Made by a program: the position numbers and the translations under genes
The notes under the pieces: generated by a model
Seen by the model: the letters and a program-made list of their open reading frames with translations, nothing else
What the model was told of the DNA's origin: nothing
The model's database searches: none
Assembly (NCBI GenBank): GCA_029858205.1
Contig: JAOUFM010000003.1
Coordinates: 210,936-274,935, forward strand
Length of the DNA: 64,000 nucleotides
Direction of reading: 5' to 3'
From: Deltaproteobacteria bacterium
Lineage (GTDB): Bacteria; Desulfobacterota; GWC2-55-46; DRQE01
Part shown: in pieces, positions 47,823 to 57,212 of the stretch
Layout: each line of letters begins with the position of its first letter
Position numbering within the stretch: the first letter of the stretch is position 1

Positions 47823-48730
47823 AAAGTACCGAGCGGTATTACTCGCTGTCGTCGTATCTGAAAGAGACCTACGGCGCGGCACTAAGAAAGGTCTCCATAG
47901 ACGCGGGTTTTACCTGCCCAACGCGCGACGGAACGATTACTACGGGCGGCTGCGCGTACTGCAATGCCGACACGCTAAGGTTCGAGGATAACTCGCAAAA
48001 ACTCGCCATAACCGAACAAATCAATAACGGAATAGCAAGGCTTGGGGAAAAAACAGCGCCCGGGGTCATTGCCTACTTTCAGGTAAACACCAATACATAC
48101 AAAGACGCCGACACACTTAAAAAACTTTACCTCGAAGCTGCAACACATCCAAAGGTGCGCATCGTGGCTGTATCCACCAGGCCCGATTGTCTTGAAGACA
48201 GCGCTCTCGATATATTGGAAGACATCCGCAAAACAAAGCCCGTATGGCTGGAGATGGGGCTCCAGAGCTCAAACGACGCAACCCTCAAGGCCATAAACCG
48301 CGGCCATACGCAAAAAGATTTCGATGACGCGCTAAAAAAGGCCGTAAAAAGGAACCTCGATGTCTGCGGCCATGTAATATTGGGCCTTCCTGGCGAGGAC
48401 AAAGAGACCATGCTCAAATCAGTAAGGTTTCTTGCTCGTCGCGGCATCTGGGGCATAAAGTTGCATCAATTGGACATTGTAAAAGATACGCTGTTTGCAG
48501 CGAAGTACGAGTGCGGCAGAATCAAAACTCTTTCCCTTGATGAATACGCCGAAATAGTGGTAGAATCCCTTGAACTGCTCCCTGCGTCAACGGTAATACA
48601 CAGGCTTTCCGGGGACACTAAAAAAGAGCTCCTCGTTTCGCCGCTATGGGGGCTTGAAAAACTAAAGGTCAAAAATAAAATCGAAAAGCTGCTTACGGAA
48701 AAAAACACGCGGCAAGGGGCGAAATACTAG
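47819..48730 (+). CDS. TIGR01212-family radical SAM protein (YhcC-like)
   Basis: 'CPTRDGTITTGGCAYC' cluster motif, 303 aa. Confidence 0.75.
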   Translation: MKSTERYYSLSSYLKETYGAALRKVSIDAGFTCPTRDGTITTGGCAYCNADTLRFEDNSQKLAITEQINNGIARLGEKTAPGVIAYFQVNTNTYKDADTLKKLYLEAATHPKVRIVAVSTRPDCLEDSALDILEDIRKTKPVWLEMGLQSSNDATLKAINRGHTQKDFDDALKKAVKRNLDVCGHVILGLPGEDKETMLKSVRFLARRGIWGIKLHQLDIVKDTLFAAKYECGRIKTLSLDEYAEIVVESLELLPASTVIHRLSGDTKKELLVSPLWGLEKLKVKNKIEKLLTEKNTRQGAKY

Positions 48731-48767
48731 CCCTGATATAAAACGAATACAGAGGAGACCACACAAA

Positions 48768-49838
48768 ATGACCGACCCAAAGATAAAAAAGCTCGCATCC
48801 ATACTCGTTAACCACTCGGTTACAGCGAAAAAAGGCGATGTCGTGCAGATAAACGCCGGAACAGAGCTTGCAAAGCCGCTTGCGCTCGAGGTATATAAAG
48901 AAGCGCTCAAAGCCGGCGCGCATCCTTTTATAAATGTCGGGTTCGAAGAAGCAAACAAAATATTCTACGACATGGCCACAAAAGACCAGCTCCAAAACTT
49001 CCCAAAAATAAAGATGTTCGAGGCAGAGAACATAGATTGCGTCATAAGCATCGCTGCGCCGTACAACAAAAAGTCCATGTCAACGGTCAACCCGGCAAAG
49101 GTGGGAGAGAGAAGTAAGATTATCAGAAAAATCCGCGACACCATTATAAATAAAAAGCGCTGGGTCATAACGAACTTCCCCACACACGCCCTTGCGCAGG
49201 AAGCGGACATGACGCTGCCTGATTACGAGGAATTCCTTTATAAGGCCACCAACATCGACTGGAACAAAGCAAAGGTCATGGGCAATAAAATCAAGCGCGT
49301 GCTCGACAAAGGCAACACCGTGCGAATAGTCGGCAAGGATACGGACCTTACGCTAAACATCAAGGGCAGGCGGAGCATCCCCTGCTTTGGCGAGAGGAAC
49401 ATGCCGGACGGCGAGACCTTCATGTCGCCAATCGAGGACTCGGCAGAGGGTAAAATCTACTACGAGATGCCTGCCATATACCAGGGCAGAGAGGTCACCG
49501 GCATACGCCTTACCTTCAGGAAAGGCAAGGTCGTGGAGGCCAGAGCCGATAAGAACGAGGCATTCCTAAACGCCATGCTCGACACAGACAAGGGCGGCAG
49601 ATATCTTGGCGAGCTCGGCATAGGCTTTAACTACGGCATACAGAAGTTCACGAAAGACATCCTTTTCGACGAAAAGATCGGCGGCACCGTGCACCTTGCG
49701 GTCGGCAAATCCTACGAAGAGGTCGGCGGCAAGAACGTCTCTGCCATACACTGGGACATGATAAAGGATTTACGCCAGGGCGGGGCCATATACATAGACG
49801 GCAAGGCCATACAGAAAAACGGCAAGTTCCTCATATAA
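48768..49838 (+). CDS. M29-family aminopeptidase (AmpS/PepS-like)
   Basis: N-terminal 'DPKIKKLASILVNHSVTAKKGDVVQI' is typical of aminopeptidase T/S. Confidence 0.75.
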   Translation: MTDPKIKKLASILVNHSVTAKKGDVVQINAGTELAKPLALEVYKEALKAGAHPFINVGFEEANKIFYDMATKDQLQNFPKIKMFEAENIDCVISIAAPYNKKSMSTVNPAKVGERSKIIRKIRDTIINKKRWVITNFPTHALAQEADMTLPDYEEFLYKATNIDWNKAKVMGNKIKRVLDKGNTVRIVGKDTDLTLNIKGRRSIPCFGERNMPDGETFMSPIEDSAEGKIYYEMPAIYQGREVTGIRLTFRKGKVVEARADKNEAFLNAMLDTDKGGRYLGELGIGFNYGIQKFTKDILFDEKIGGTVHLAVGKSYEEVGGKNVSAIHWDMIKDLRQGGAIYIDGKAIQKNGKFLI

Positions 49839-49850
49839 GCCACACCCTTC

Positions 49851-50930
49851 ATGTCCGTTCGCGCCGCAATATCACGCAAAATAAACATTATATATGACGC
49901 GCTCCCTGCCCCTGTAAAAATGGGTTGGGCGCGCGCGCGTGTACATATAACGCTTAAGCGCGTTATTATAATCACCGCGATACTCGTGGTTGCAGGCGGC
50001 ATTTCATTTGCCCTCTGGACGCGAAAGGCGCCGGACGTTAGTAAACTCAAAAAACAAAGCCCCGGCATAACGCTAAAGCTCAAGACAGCAGATGGCAAGG
50101 AGCGGCTCTTCGACGTCGGGACAAAGAACCCGTCGTGGACACCAATAGACAACGTGCCGCAAAACCTCATAACCGCCATAATTCAGAGCGAGGACATTTC
50201 GTTTTACTCGCACCACGGCTTCGATTTTTCCGAGATATGGGACGCGATAAAGACCGATATAGAGGAAATGAGTTATGTAAGGGGCGCATCGACCATTTCC
50301 ATGCAACTCGTGAAAAACCTCTATCTTACGAGAGAAAAATCAATGGGAAGAAAGATAAAAGAGGCCTACCTCGTCGTAAAGATGGAAAAGGCTATTTCCA
50401 AAAAGCGCATCATGGAGCTTTACTTGAACATCGTCGAATGGGGCCCCGGGGTTTACGGCGTAAAGGAGGCTTCGGCCTACTACTTCGGCAAAACACCCTC
50501 GGAACTGACGCTCGACGAAGCAGCGGTGCTCGCCGTGATACTGCCAAACCCGGTCTACTATAACCCGTACAAGCGGCCCAAGTATGCAGAGAAAAAGAAA
50601 GTACAAATACTGGAGCGCATGCTAAAACGCGGTCACATAACCGAAGAGGCATTCAAAACAGCGCTCGAGGCCCCGCTTGCCTTAAAGAACGTCGCAAAGG
50701 GCGCGGCAGAGGCCGAGGCATGGGAAAAGGGATTTCCGGATGAAGAAGACACCGAAGAAACACCCGGCACGCCGGCAAAGACTGGTGACGCTACCGCGCC
50801 TTCGAAAGAGGAATCTTTAGAAAACCCGGCAGACGCAGGAACAGCCGAAGACCAGAAACCGCAAACAGACAACGACACAGGCAAGGCAACCGAAGGTACA
50901 GCTCCGGCACAGGCTCCGGCCGCAAATTAA
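49851..50930 (+). CDS. mtgA: Monofunctional peptidoglycan glycosyltransferase (GT51) with a ~100-aa acidic low-complexity C-terminal tail
   Basis: TM anchor, then 'EDISFYSHHGFDFSEIWDA...GASTISMQLVKNLYL'. The tail is rich in E/D/T/P/A. Confidence 0.75.
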   Translation: MSVRAAISRKINIIYDALPAPVKMGWARARVHITLKRVIIITAILVVAGGISFALWTRKAPDVSKLKKQSPGITLKLKTADGKERLFDVGTKNPSWTPIDNVPQNLITAIIQSEDISFYSHHGFDFSEIWDAIKTDIEEMSYVRGASTISMQLVKNLYLTREKSMGRKIKEAYLVVKMEKAISKKRIMELYLNIVEWGPGVYGVKEASAYYFGKTPSELTLDEAAVLAVILPNPVYYNPYKRPKYAEKKKVQILERMLKRGHITEEAFKTALEAPLALKNVAKGAAEAEAWEKGFPDEEDTEETPGTPAKTGDATAPSKEESLENPADAGTAEDQKPQTDNDTGKATEGTAPAQAPAAN

Positions 50931-50978
50931 GACACCTTGCCGCCTGGAATTCCCTGTCTTTTTTAAACAGTTATCCCC

Positions 50979-51008
50979 TTGACATAAAACGCGCTAAAAG
51001 GCTATCAT
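50979..51008 (+). promoter_or_regulatory. Candidate sigma-70 promoter: TTGACA, 18 nt, TATCAT, 15 nt upstream of gmhA
   Basis: Read directly from the sequence. Confidence 0.35.
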
Positions 51009-51023
51009 CTCATATACTATATT

Positions 51024-51604
51024 ATGGAAGAACTGACACTTAAAATATTCAGGGAAAGCATTAAGGCAAAAGAAAAATTCCTTATCAAGGCGAACGTTGC
51101 GCGACTGGTAAAGTGCGCCGAGCTCATTGCCGCGGCATTCACCTCCGGAGGTAAGCTCATCGTCGCGGGAAACGGCGGAAGCGCAGCGGATGCACAGCAC
51201 ATAGCAGCCGAGTTCGTGAACCGCTTCCTGATAGAAAGGCCGCCTCTGCCTGCGCTGGCATTAACGACAGACTCGTCGATACTTACGTCAATTGGCAATG
51301 ACTACGACTTCTCGCTTGTATTTGCCAAACAGGTCAAGGCCCTTGGCAAAGAAGGCGACGTCTGCTTGCCATATCAACAAGCGGCAATTCCCAAAACGTC
51401 ATAAAGGCCATGGACGAGGCAAAAAAGATAGGCATAACGACCATCGCGCTGACAGGCAAGGACGGCGGCAAGATGGCCAAGAAAGCGGACATAGTATTAA
51501 ACGTGCCGACTGACTCGACACCAAGGGTGCAGGAAACACACCTTGTTATACTGCACACGCTCTGCGAGCTCGTGGACACTATACTGTTCAACAAGAAAAA
51601 CTGA
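51024..51604 (+). pseudogene. gmhA: Phosphoheptose isomerase / DiaA-type SIS-domain gene, interrupted by a 1-nt deletion (-1 frameshift) near 51360-51362
   Basis: ORFs 51024-51404 and 51410-51604 together are colinear with GmhA. The frame changes exactly inside the conserved '[13 protein letters not shown]' motif (read 'GDVCLPYQQ' in frame 0, '[20 protein letters not shown]' in frame 2). Confidence 0.6.
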
Positions 51605-51607
51605 GCC

Positions 51608-52558
51608 ATGAAATTCAAGCCGCTGGACCTTAAAAAAATACGCACCTATTCGGTGAAAAAGAGACGCAGCAAAGTCTCTTTATCGAAAAAGGCGGCGATA
51701 TATAAAGGAGGCTGTTCTTTTAAAGAGTTTCTCTGCACGCTGCCAGGAATACTCGCTGCAAGCGATTTAAAGGCAGTTGTCGCTGCAATGGCCAGGGCGC
51801 ACAGGGATAAACGCACCATCGCCCTTGGCATGGGCGCGCACGTGATAAAGACCGGGCTTAGCCCGCTTATAATCGAGCTCATGGAGCGCGGCATAGTAAA
51901 TGCCGTTGCAACAAATGGCGCGTGCATAATACACGACTTCGAGCTTGCGTACCTCGGCCAAACTTCGGAAGATGTGGACAAAGAACTACGAAGCGGCATG
52001 TTCGGCATGGCCAGGGAAACAGGCGAGCTTTTAAACAACGCCATAGGCAGGGGCGTAAAAAAAGGCTACGGCCTCGGTAAAGCGGTTGGCGAGTTCATTT
52101 TGAACTCGAAGTTCCCGAATAAGGATGTTAGCATATTCGCCGCTGCCGAACGGCTGAATGTGCCTATAACCGTGCACGTTGCGCTCGGCACAGACATCAT
52201 ACACGCGCACCCGAGCATGAACGGCAGCCTTACCGGAGAAGGCTCGATGCGCGACTTTAAGATATTTTCATCGGTCGTGCAGGCATTGTCAAAAGGAGTA
52301 TTTCTAAATATCGGCTCTGCCGTGCTTATACCGGAGGTTTTTTTAAAGGCACTCACGCTTTCGAGAAACATCGGGGGCGGAGAAAAGGCAGTGAAGGATT
52401 TTACGACCGTTGACATGGACTTTGTCAGGCACTACAGGCCCATGATGAACGTTGTGAAACGCCCTACCGCCGGAAGCGGCAAGGGGTACGCTCTCATCGG
52501 GCATCATGAAATAATGTTGCCGCTTTTATTCGCGGCTCTCATCGAAGAACTGGCATAG
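51608..52558 (+). CDS. Deoxyhypusine-synthase-like protein
   Basis: 'VATNGACIIHDFEL' and C-terminal 'IGHHEIMLPLLFAALIEE' parallel DHS 'VTTAGGVEEDLIK' / 'YADASLVFPLLVAETF'; 316 aa. Confidence 0.45.
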   Translation: MKFKPLDLKKIRTYSVKKRRSKVSLSKKAAIYKGGCSFKEFLCTLPGILAASDLKAVVAAMARAHRDKRTIALGMGAHVIKTGLSPLIIELMERGIVNAVATNGACIIHDFELAYLGQTSEDVDKELRSGMFGMARETGELLNNAIGRGVKKGYGLGKAVGEFILNSKFPNKDVSIFAAAERLNVPITVHVALGTDIIHAHPSMNGSLTGEGSMRDFKIFSSVVQALSKGVFLNIGSAVLIPEVFLKALTLSRNIGGGEKAVKDFTTVDMDFVRHYRPMMNVVKRPTAGSGKGYALIGHHEIMLPLLFAALIEELA

Positions 52559-52577
52559 ACAAAAAGGTTTTCTAAAG

Positions 52578-53969
52578 ATGGCTACGAAAAATAAAAAACT
52601 CTGGGCAGGACGCTTCAAGGCCGCGACCGATAAGATTGCGGAAGAGCTGAACGCGTCCATCGCCTTCGACAAGCGCCTCTTTCGTCAAGACATACGCGGC
52701 TCGATTGCGCACGCCATGACGCTAAAAAAGGCCCGCGTGCTTACGGCAAAGGAGGCCTCGCGCATAATCACGGGGCTAAAGGCCGTTGAGGCTGAAATCG
52801 CATCGGGTAAATTCAAACCTGGCGCGGAATACGAAGACATACACATGGCAGTTGAGGCGCGGCTTACGCAGAAAATAGGCCCGCTTGGCGGAAAGCTCCA
52901 TACCGGGCGTTCGAGAAACGACCAGGTAGCACTCGATATACGCATGTATCTCAAGGACGAGATAGCAGAGATACAGAAACTTCTTACTTCGCTAAAGCAG
53001 GCGACATACGAGGTTGCGCTAAAGAACGCGGACACGGTCATGCCCGGGTACACGCACCTTCAAAGAGCGCAGCCCGTGCTTCTTGCTCACCACATGCTCG
53101 CGTACTATGAAATGTTTACCCGCGACTCGGAGCGTCTCCTGGACGTATTCAAACGCGCCGACTCGATGCCGCTTGGCTCCGGAGCGCTTGCCGGAAGCCC
53201 GTACAAGCTCGACCGCTTCTACACAGCGCGGCTTCTTAAGTTCTCGCGCGTAACGGAAAACAGCATGGACGCTGTCGGGGACCGCGACTTCATAATAGAG
53301 TTCCTTGCAGCCGCTTCTATTATAATGATGCACCTTTCGCGCCTCTCCGAGGAGCTTATCATCTGGGCCTCGAATGAGTTCAGCTTTATCGAGCTATCGG
53401 ATGAGTACTCTACCGGCTCATCCATCATGCCGCAAAAGAAGAACCCGGACATGGCAGAGCTCGCGCGCGGAAAGACAGGGCGCGTATACGGCTCGCTTAT
53501 CTCGGTGCTTACGACGATGAAGGCGCTTCCGCTTGCATATAATAAAGACATGCAGGAGGATAAAGAACCTCTATTCGACGCAATCGACACGCTAAAGGCC
53601 GTGCTCGCGGTCTTTACTCCTATGATAAAGAAGATGCGCGTAAACAAAGCGGCCATGCGTAAGGCTACTGCTGCGGGGTTTTTGACCGCAACTGACGCGG
53701 CAGACTATCTTGTCAAACGGGGGCTGCCCTTTAGAAACGCGCATGAGGTAGCAGGAAAGATAGTCGCGTACTGCATAGAAAAAGACAAAACTCTCGAAGA
53801 CCTTACAATGGATGAGTGGAAAAAGTTTTCTCCCCTCTTCTCTGCGTCTATAAAAGACGCGGTAAAGGCCGAGAGCTCGCTTACTTCGCGCGTTATTTAT
53901 GGCGGGACAGGCTACAATGCGGTTAAAAAACGCCTTACGGAAGTAAAAAAGAAGCTGAAGAAGGGCTGA
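52578..53969 (+). CDS. argH: Argininosuccinate lyase
   Basis: Fumarase/ASL family 'GSSIMPQKKNPD' signature, 463 aa. Confidence 0.9.
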   Translation: MATKNKKLWAGRFKAATDKIAEELNASIAFDKRLFRQDIRGSIAHAMTLKKARVLTAKEASRIITGLKAVEAEIASGKFKPGAEYEDIHMAVEARLTQKIGPLGGKLHTGRSRNDQVALDIRMYLKDEIAEIQKLLTSLKQATYEVALKNADTVMPGYTHLQRAQPVLLAHHMLAYYEMFTRDSERLLDVFKRADSMPLGSGALAGSPYKLDRFYTARLLKFSRVTENSMDAVGDRDFIIEFLAAASIIMMHLSRLSEELIIWASNEFSFIELSDEYSTGSSIMPQKKNPDMAELARGKTGRVYGSLISVLTTMKALPLAYNKDMQEDKEPLFDAIDTLKAVLAVFTPMIKKMRVNKAAMRKATAAGFLTATDAADYLVKRGLPFRNAHEVAGKIVAYCIEKDKTLEDLTMDEWKKFSPLFSASIKDAVKAESSLTSRVIYGGTGYNAVKKRLTEVKKKLKKG

Positions 53970-53980
53970 GACCGCGGTTT

Positions 53981-54151
53981 ATGAAAAAGGCCGTAAAGGG
54001 ATTTTTATTTTCTTTTGTCTGCGCCGTGGCGACAGCGGCTTTTTTCCTAACCGCATCCGGGTGCGGCAAGAAGACCGCGCCAAAACCGCCAATTGAAAAT
54101 AACGCTGCAGAAACACCGGCAACTACCACCAACGATAACGGAGGAAAATAA
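53981..54151 (+). CDS. lptM: Small lipoprotein (56 aa), LptM/YifL-like; not in the ORF track because it is under 60 aa
   Basis: Signal peptide + lipobox 'LTASGC', then 'GKKTAPKPP' (compare E. coli LptM 'LTGCGLKGPLYFPP'). It sits immediately upstream of lysA-dapF, as yifL does upstream of dapF in E. coli. Confidence 0.45.
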   Translation: MKKAVKGFLFSFVCAVATAAFFLTASGCGKKTAPKPPIENNAAETPATTTNDNGGK

Positions 54152-54154
54152 CAG

Positions 54155-55444
54155 ATGCACCACTTCGAATACAAAGGACAAAAACTTCATGCCGAAGGCG
54201 TTGCGCTAGATAAAATTGCAACAAAGACAGGCACGCCCGTGTTCGTCTACAGCCTTAAAACGCTAAGGCGCCACATAAACGCATTTTCCGAGGCCTTCAG
54301 CTCCGCGCCCCACATTATATGCTACTCGGTCAAGGCAAACTCCAATATCGCTATCCTCAAGACCTTTGCAAGAGAAGGAAGCGGCTTTGACATCGTATCC
54401 GCGGGAGAGCTCTACAGGGTCGTAAAGGCCGGAGGAGATTCGAAGAAGGTCGTGTTTTCGGGTGTAGGCAAAAAGGTTGATGAGATAGAATTCGCAATCA
54501 AGAAAAATATTCTCATGTTCAACGCCGAGAGCCCCGAAGAGCTCGCTGCCATAAACGCCGTTGCAAAGCGCCTTAAAAAAAAGGTTGCCGTGGCGATAAG
54601 GATAAATCCGGACGTGAACCCGAAAACGCACCCCTACATTTCAACCGGTCTAAAGAAAAACAAGTTCGGCATAGAGACCGAGGAGGCGATAAAGCAGTAC
54701 GCCTACGCAAAGAGCAATTACAAGAACCTCGACATGGCGGGTGTTGACTGCCATATAGGCTCGCAGATAACGGAGCTTACGCCCTTTGGCGACGCGCTCG
54801 AAAAAGTAAAGGACGTCATCAACCGCCTTAGAAAGACGGGCACGAACATACGCTACCTGGACATGGGCGGCGGGCTCGGCATAACCTATAAGGATGAGGC
54901 AGCCCCTCACCCGTCGAACTACGGCACGGAAATACTTAAACGTACCGCAGGCCTTGGCGTTACTCTTATATTCGAGCCCGGAAGAAATATCGTCGGCAAC
55001 GCCGGAGTGCTTGTAACGCGCGTCGTGTACACAAAACAGGGCTCCCTTAAGAAATTCGTCATCTCCGACGCCGCGATGAACGACCTGCCGCGCCCGAGCC
55101 TCTACGGCTCGTACCACGCGATAAAGCCCGTTGACTTAAGAAAGAGCGCTCCTGACGAGGTCGTAGACGTCGTAGGCCCAATCTGCGAGAGCGGCGACTT
55201 CTTTGCCCACGACAGAGAAATATCAAAGGTAACAAGTGGCGAGCTCCTTGCCCTTATGAGCGCCGGGGCGTACTGTTTCTCGATGTCTAGTAACTATAAC
55301 TCGCGCCCGAGGGCAGCGGAAGTAATCGTGGATGGCAAAGACTTTCACGTGATAAGAAAACGCGAAACCCTCGAAGACATTGTGCGAAACGAAGTAATAC
55401 CTGCAAAGCTATTCAAGGGCGCAAAGGCAAGGAAAGGAAAATAA
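54155..55444 (+). CDS. lysA: Diaminopimelate decarboxylase
   Basis: PLP fold-III decarboxylase motifs, 429 aa; dapF is next. Confidence 0.9.
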   Translation: MHHFEYKGQKLHAEGVALDKIATKTGTPVFVYSLKTLRRHINAFSEAFSSAPHIICYSVKANSNIAILKTFAREGSGFDIVSAGELYRVVKAGGDSKKVVFSGVGKKVDEIEFAIKKNILMFNAESPEELAAINAVAKRLKKKVAVAIRINPDVNPKTHPYISTGLKKNKFGIETEEAIKQYAYAKSNYKNLDMAGVDCHIGSQITELTPFGDALEKVKDVINRLRKTGTNIRYLDMGGGLGITYKDEAAPHPSNYGTEILKRTAGLGVTLIFEPGRNIVGNAGVLVTRVVYTKQGSLKKFVISDAAMNDLPRPSLYGSYHAIKPVDLRKSAPDEVVDVVGPICESGDFFAHDREISKVTSGELLALMSAGAYCFSMSSNYNSRPRAAEVIVDGKDFHVIRKRETLEDIVRNEVIPAKLFKGAKARKGK

Positions 55445-55450
55445 CGCATC

Positions 55451-56272
55451 ATGACGCTAAGATTCACAAAGATGCACGGCCTGGGTAACGACTTCATCGT
55501 GCTGGACTTGAGAAAAAAAGATTTAAAGAGCCTGCCCGCTCTCATGAAAAAGCTCGGGCACAGGAACTTCGGCATTGGCTTTGACCAGGCGCTCGTGCTT
55601 AAAAACTCGAAAAAAGCCGACTTTAGGATGGACATCTATAACAGCGACGGCAGCCGTGTTGAGATGTGCGGAAATGGCATCAGGTGCCTCGCAAACTACA
55701 TATGGGAAACAGGGCTTAGCAAAAAGCCGGTTCTCGAAATAGAAACCCTTGCCGGCATTATCAGGCCAAGGAAGGCAGGAAAGCTCGTTACCGTTGACAT
55801 GGGAGAGCCAATACTCGAAGGCAAACTCATACCGACAACCGCCTCCGGCCATATAAAGAAAAGGCCGCTTAAGGCGCTGGACAGGACATTTTCAATTACA
55901 TGCGTATCAATGGGCAACCCGCACTGCGTAATACCGGTAAAGGACGTCGACTCATATCCGGTTACAAAGTACGGCCCGTTCCTCGAAACAAACAAGTTCT
56001 TCCCAAAACGTACGAATGTAGAATTTATAGAAATAACAAACCCCGCTCGCATAAAGATGCGCGTATGGGAAAGGGGCGCTGGCGAGACCATGGCCTGCGG
56101 CACAGGGGCGTGCGGCGCGGCAGTTGCGGCGAACCTCCTGGGGCTCGCAAAGCGGCGTGTCACAATGGAGCTAAAGGGCGGAAATCTGAACATACACTGG
56201 AACGAAAAAGACAACCGCGTGTACATGACAGGGCCTGCCGTAAAGGTGTTCGACGGCACGCTGGAACTTTAA
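55451..56272 (+). CDS. dapF: Diaminopimelate epimerase
   Basis: 'FTKMHGLGNDFIV', catalytic Cys motifs 'MCGNGIRC' and 'ACGTGACG'. Confidence 0.9.
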   Translation: MTLRFTKMHGLGNDFIVLDLRKKDLKSLPALMKKLGHRNFGIGFDQALVLKNSKKADFRMDIYNSDGSRVEMCGNGIRCLANYIWETGLSKKPVLEIETLAGIIRPRKAGKLVTVDMGEPILEGKLIPTTASGHIKKRPLKALDRTFSITCVSMGNPHCVIPVKDVDSYPVTKYGPFLETNKFFPKRTNVEFIEITNPARIKMRVWERGAGETMACGTGACGAAVAANLLGLAKRRVTMELKGGNLNIHWNEKDNRVYMTGPAVKVFDGTLEL

Positions 56273-56317
56273 CGGATTTAAAGGTATAATTACCGGATAC
56301 AAAAGGAGTGGCCTGAA

Positions 56318-57205
56318 ATGTTCAAAGGATGCTTCACGGCAATAGTAACGCCGTTTAAAAACAACCGCGTTGACACCGACGCGCTCACTAACTTCATTCG
56401 CTTTCAGATAAAAAGCGGCATAGCAGGCATCGTTCCATGCGGCTCAACGGGCGAGGCTGCGACACTAACCTATGAAGAACACTACCGCGTCATCAACATC
56501 TCGCTCGAGGCTGCGAACGCAAAGATCCCGGTAATCGCCGGCACAGGCTCGAACTCGACAGCCGAGACCATAACACTTACAAAATACGCAGAAAGGGCCG
56601 GAGCGGACGCAGCGCTTCTCTCTACCCCCTACTATAACAAGCCAACGCAGCGCGGTCTCTATGAACACTACAAGGCGGTAGCAGAAGCGGTCACCATACC
56701 GCTTATCCTTTATAACGTGCCCGGAAGGACCGGGGTAAACATGCTTCCGGAGACGGTTGCGAGGCTTTCGGAACTTAAAAACATCGTCGGCATAAAAGAG
56801 GCCACCGGAAACCTCGAGCAGATAAGCAACGTAATCGAGTTCTCGAAAAAGGACTTTATCGTGCTCTCCGGCGACGACGCAACGACTCTGCCGCTTCTCT
56901 CAATTGGCGGGCACGGCACGATATCGGTCACATCGAATGTCGCGCCAGGGGACATGGTCGCGCTTTGTAGCCTGTTTTGCAGGGGCAAGATGGCGGAGGC
57001 AAGAAAGCTGCACTATAAGCTTCAGCAGCTAAACCGCGTGATGTTCATCGAAACAAACCCCGTGCCCGTAAAAACAGCGCTTGCGCTTATGGGCTTGATG
57101 GGCCCGGAACTAAGGCTTCCGCTCGTGGGGCTCGAAGACGGGAATCTTAAGAAACTAAAGGCCGCTCTAAAGGCCTACGGGCTTTTGAAAGGCCGCGCGA
57201 GGTAA
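56318..57205 (+). CDS. dapA: 4-hydroxy-tetrahydrodipicolinate synthase
   Basis: 'AIVTPF', 'GIVPCGSTGE', 'YNVPGRTG'. Confidence 0.9.
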   Translation: MFKGCFTAIVTPFKNNRVDTDALTNFIRFQIKSGIAGIVPCGSTGEAATLTYEEHYRVINISLEAANAKIPVIAGTGSNSTAETITLTKYAERAGADAALLSTPYYNKPTQRGLYEHYKAVAEAVTIPLILYNVPGRTGVNMLPETVARLSELKNIVGIKEATGNLEQISNVIEFSKKDFIVLSGDDATTLPLLSIGGHGTISVTSNVAPGDMVALCSLFCRGKMAEARKLHYKLQQLNRVMFIETNPVPVKTALALMGLMGPELRLPLVGLEDGNLKKLKAALKAYGLLKGRAR

Positions 57206-57212
57206 TATAGAA

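Noticed and set aside
55696-56259. 187-aa minus-strand ORF inside dapF
   Set aside because: It is antisense to dapF, which has both catalytic Cys motifs.
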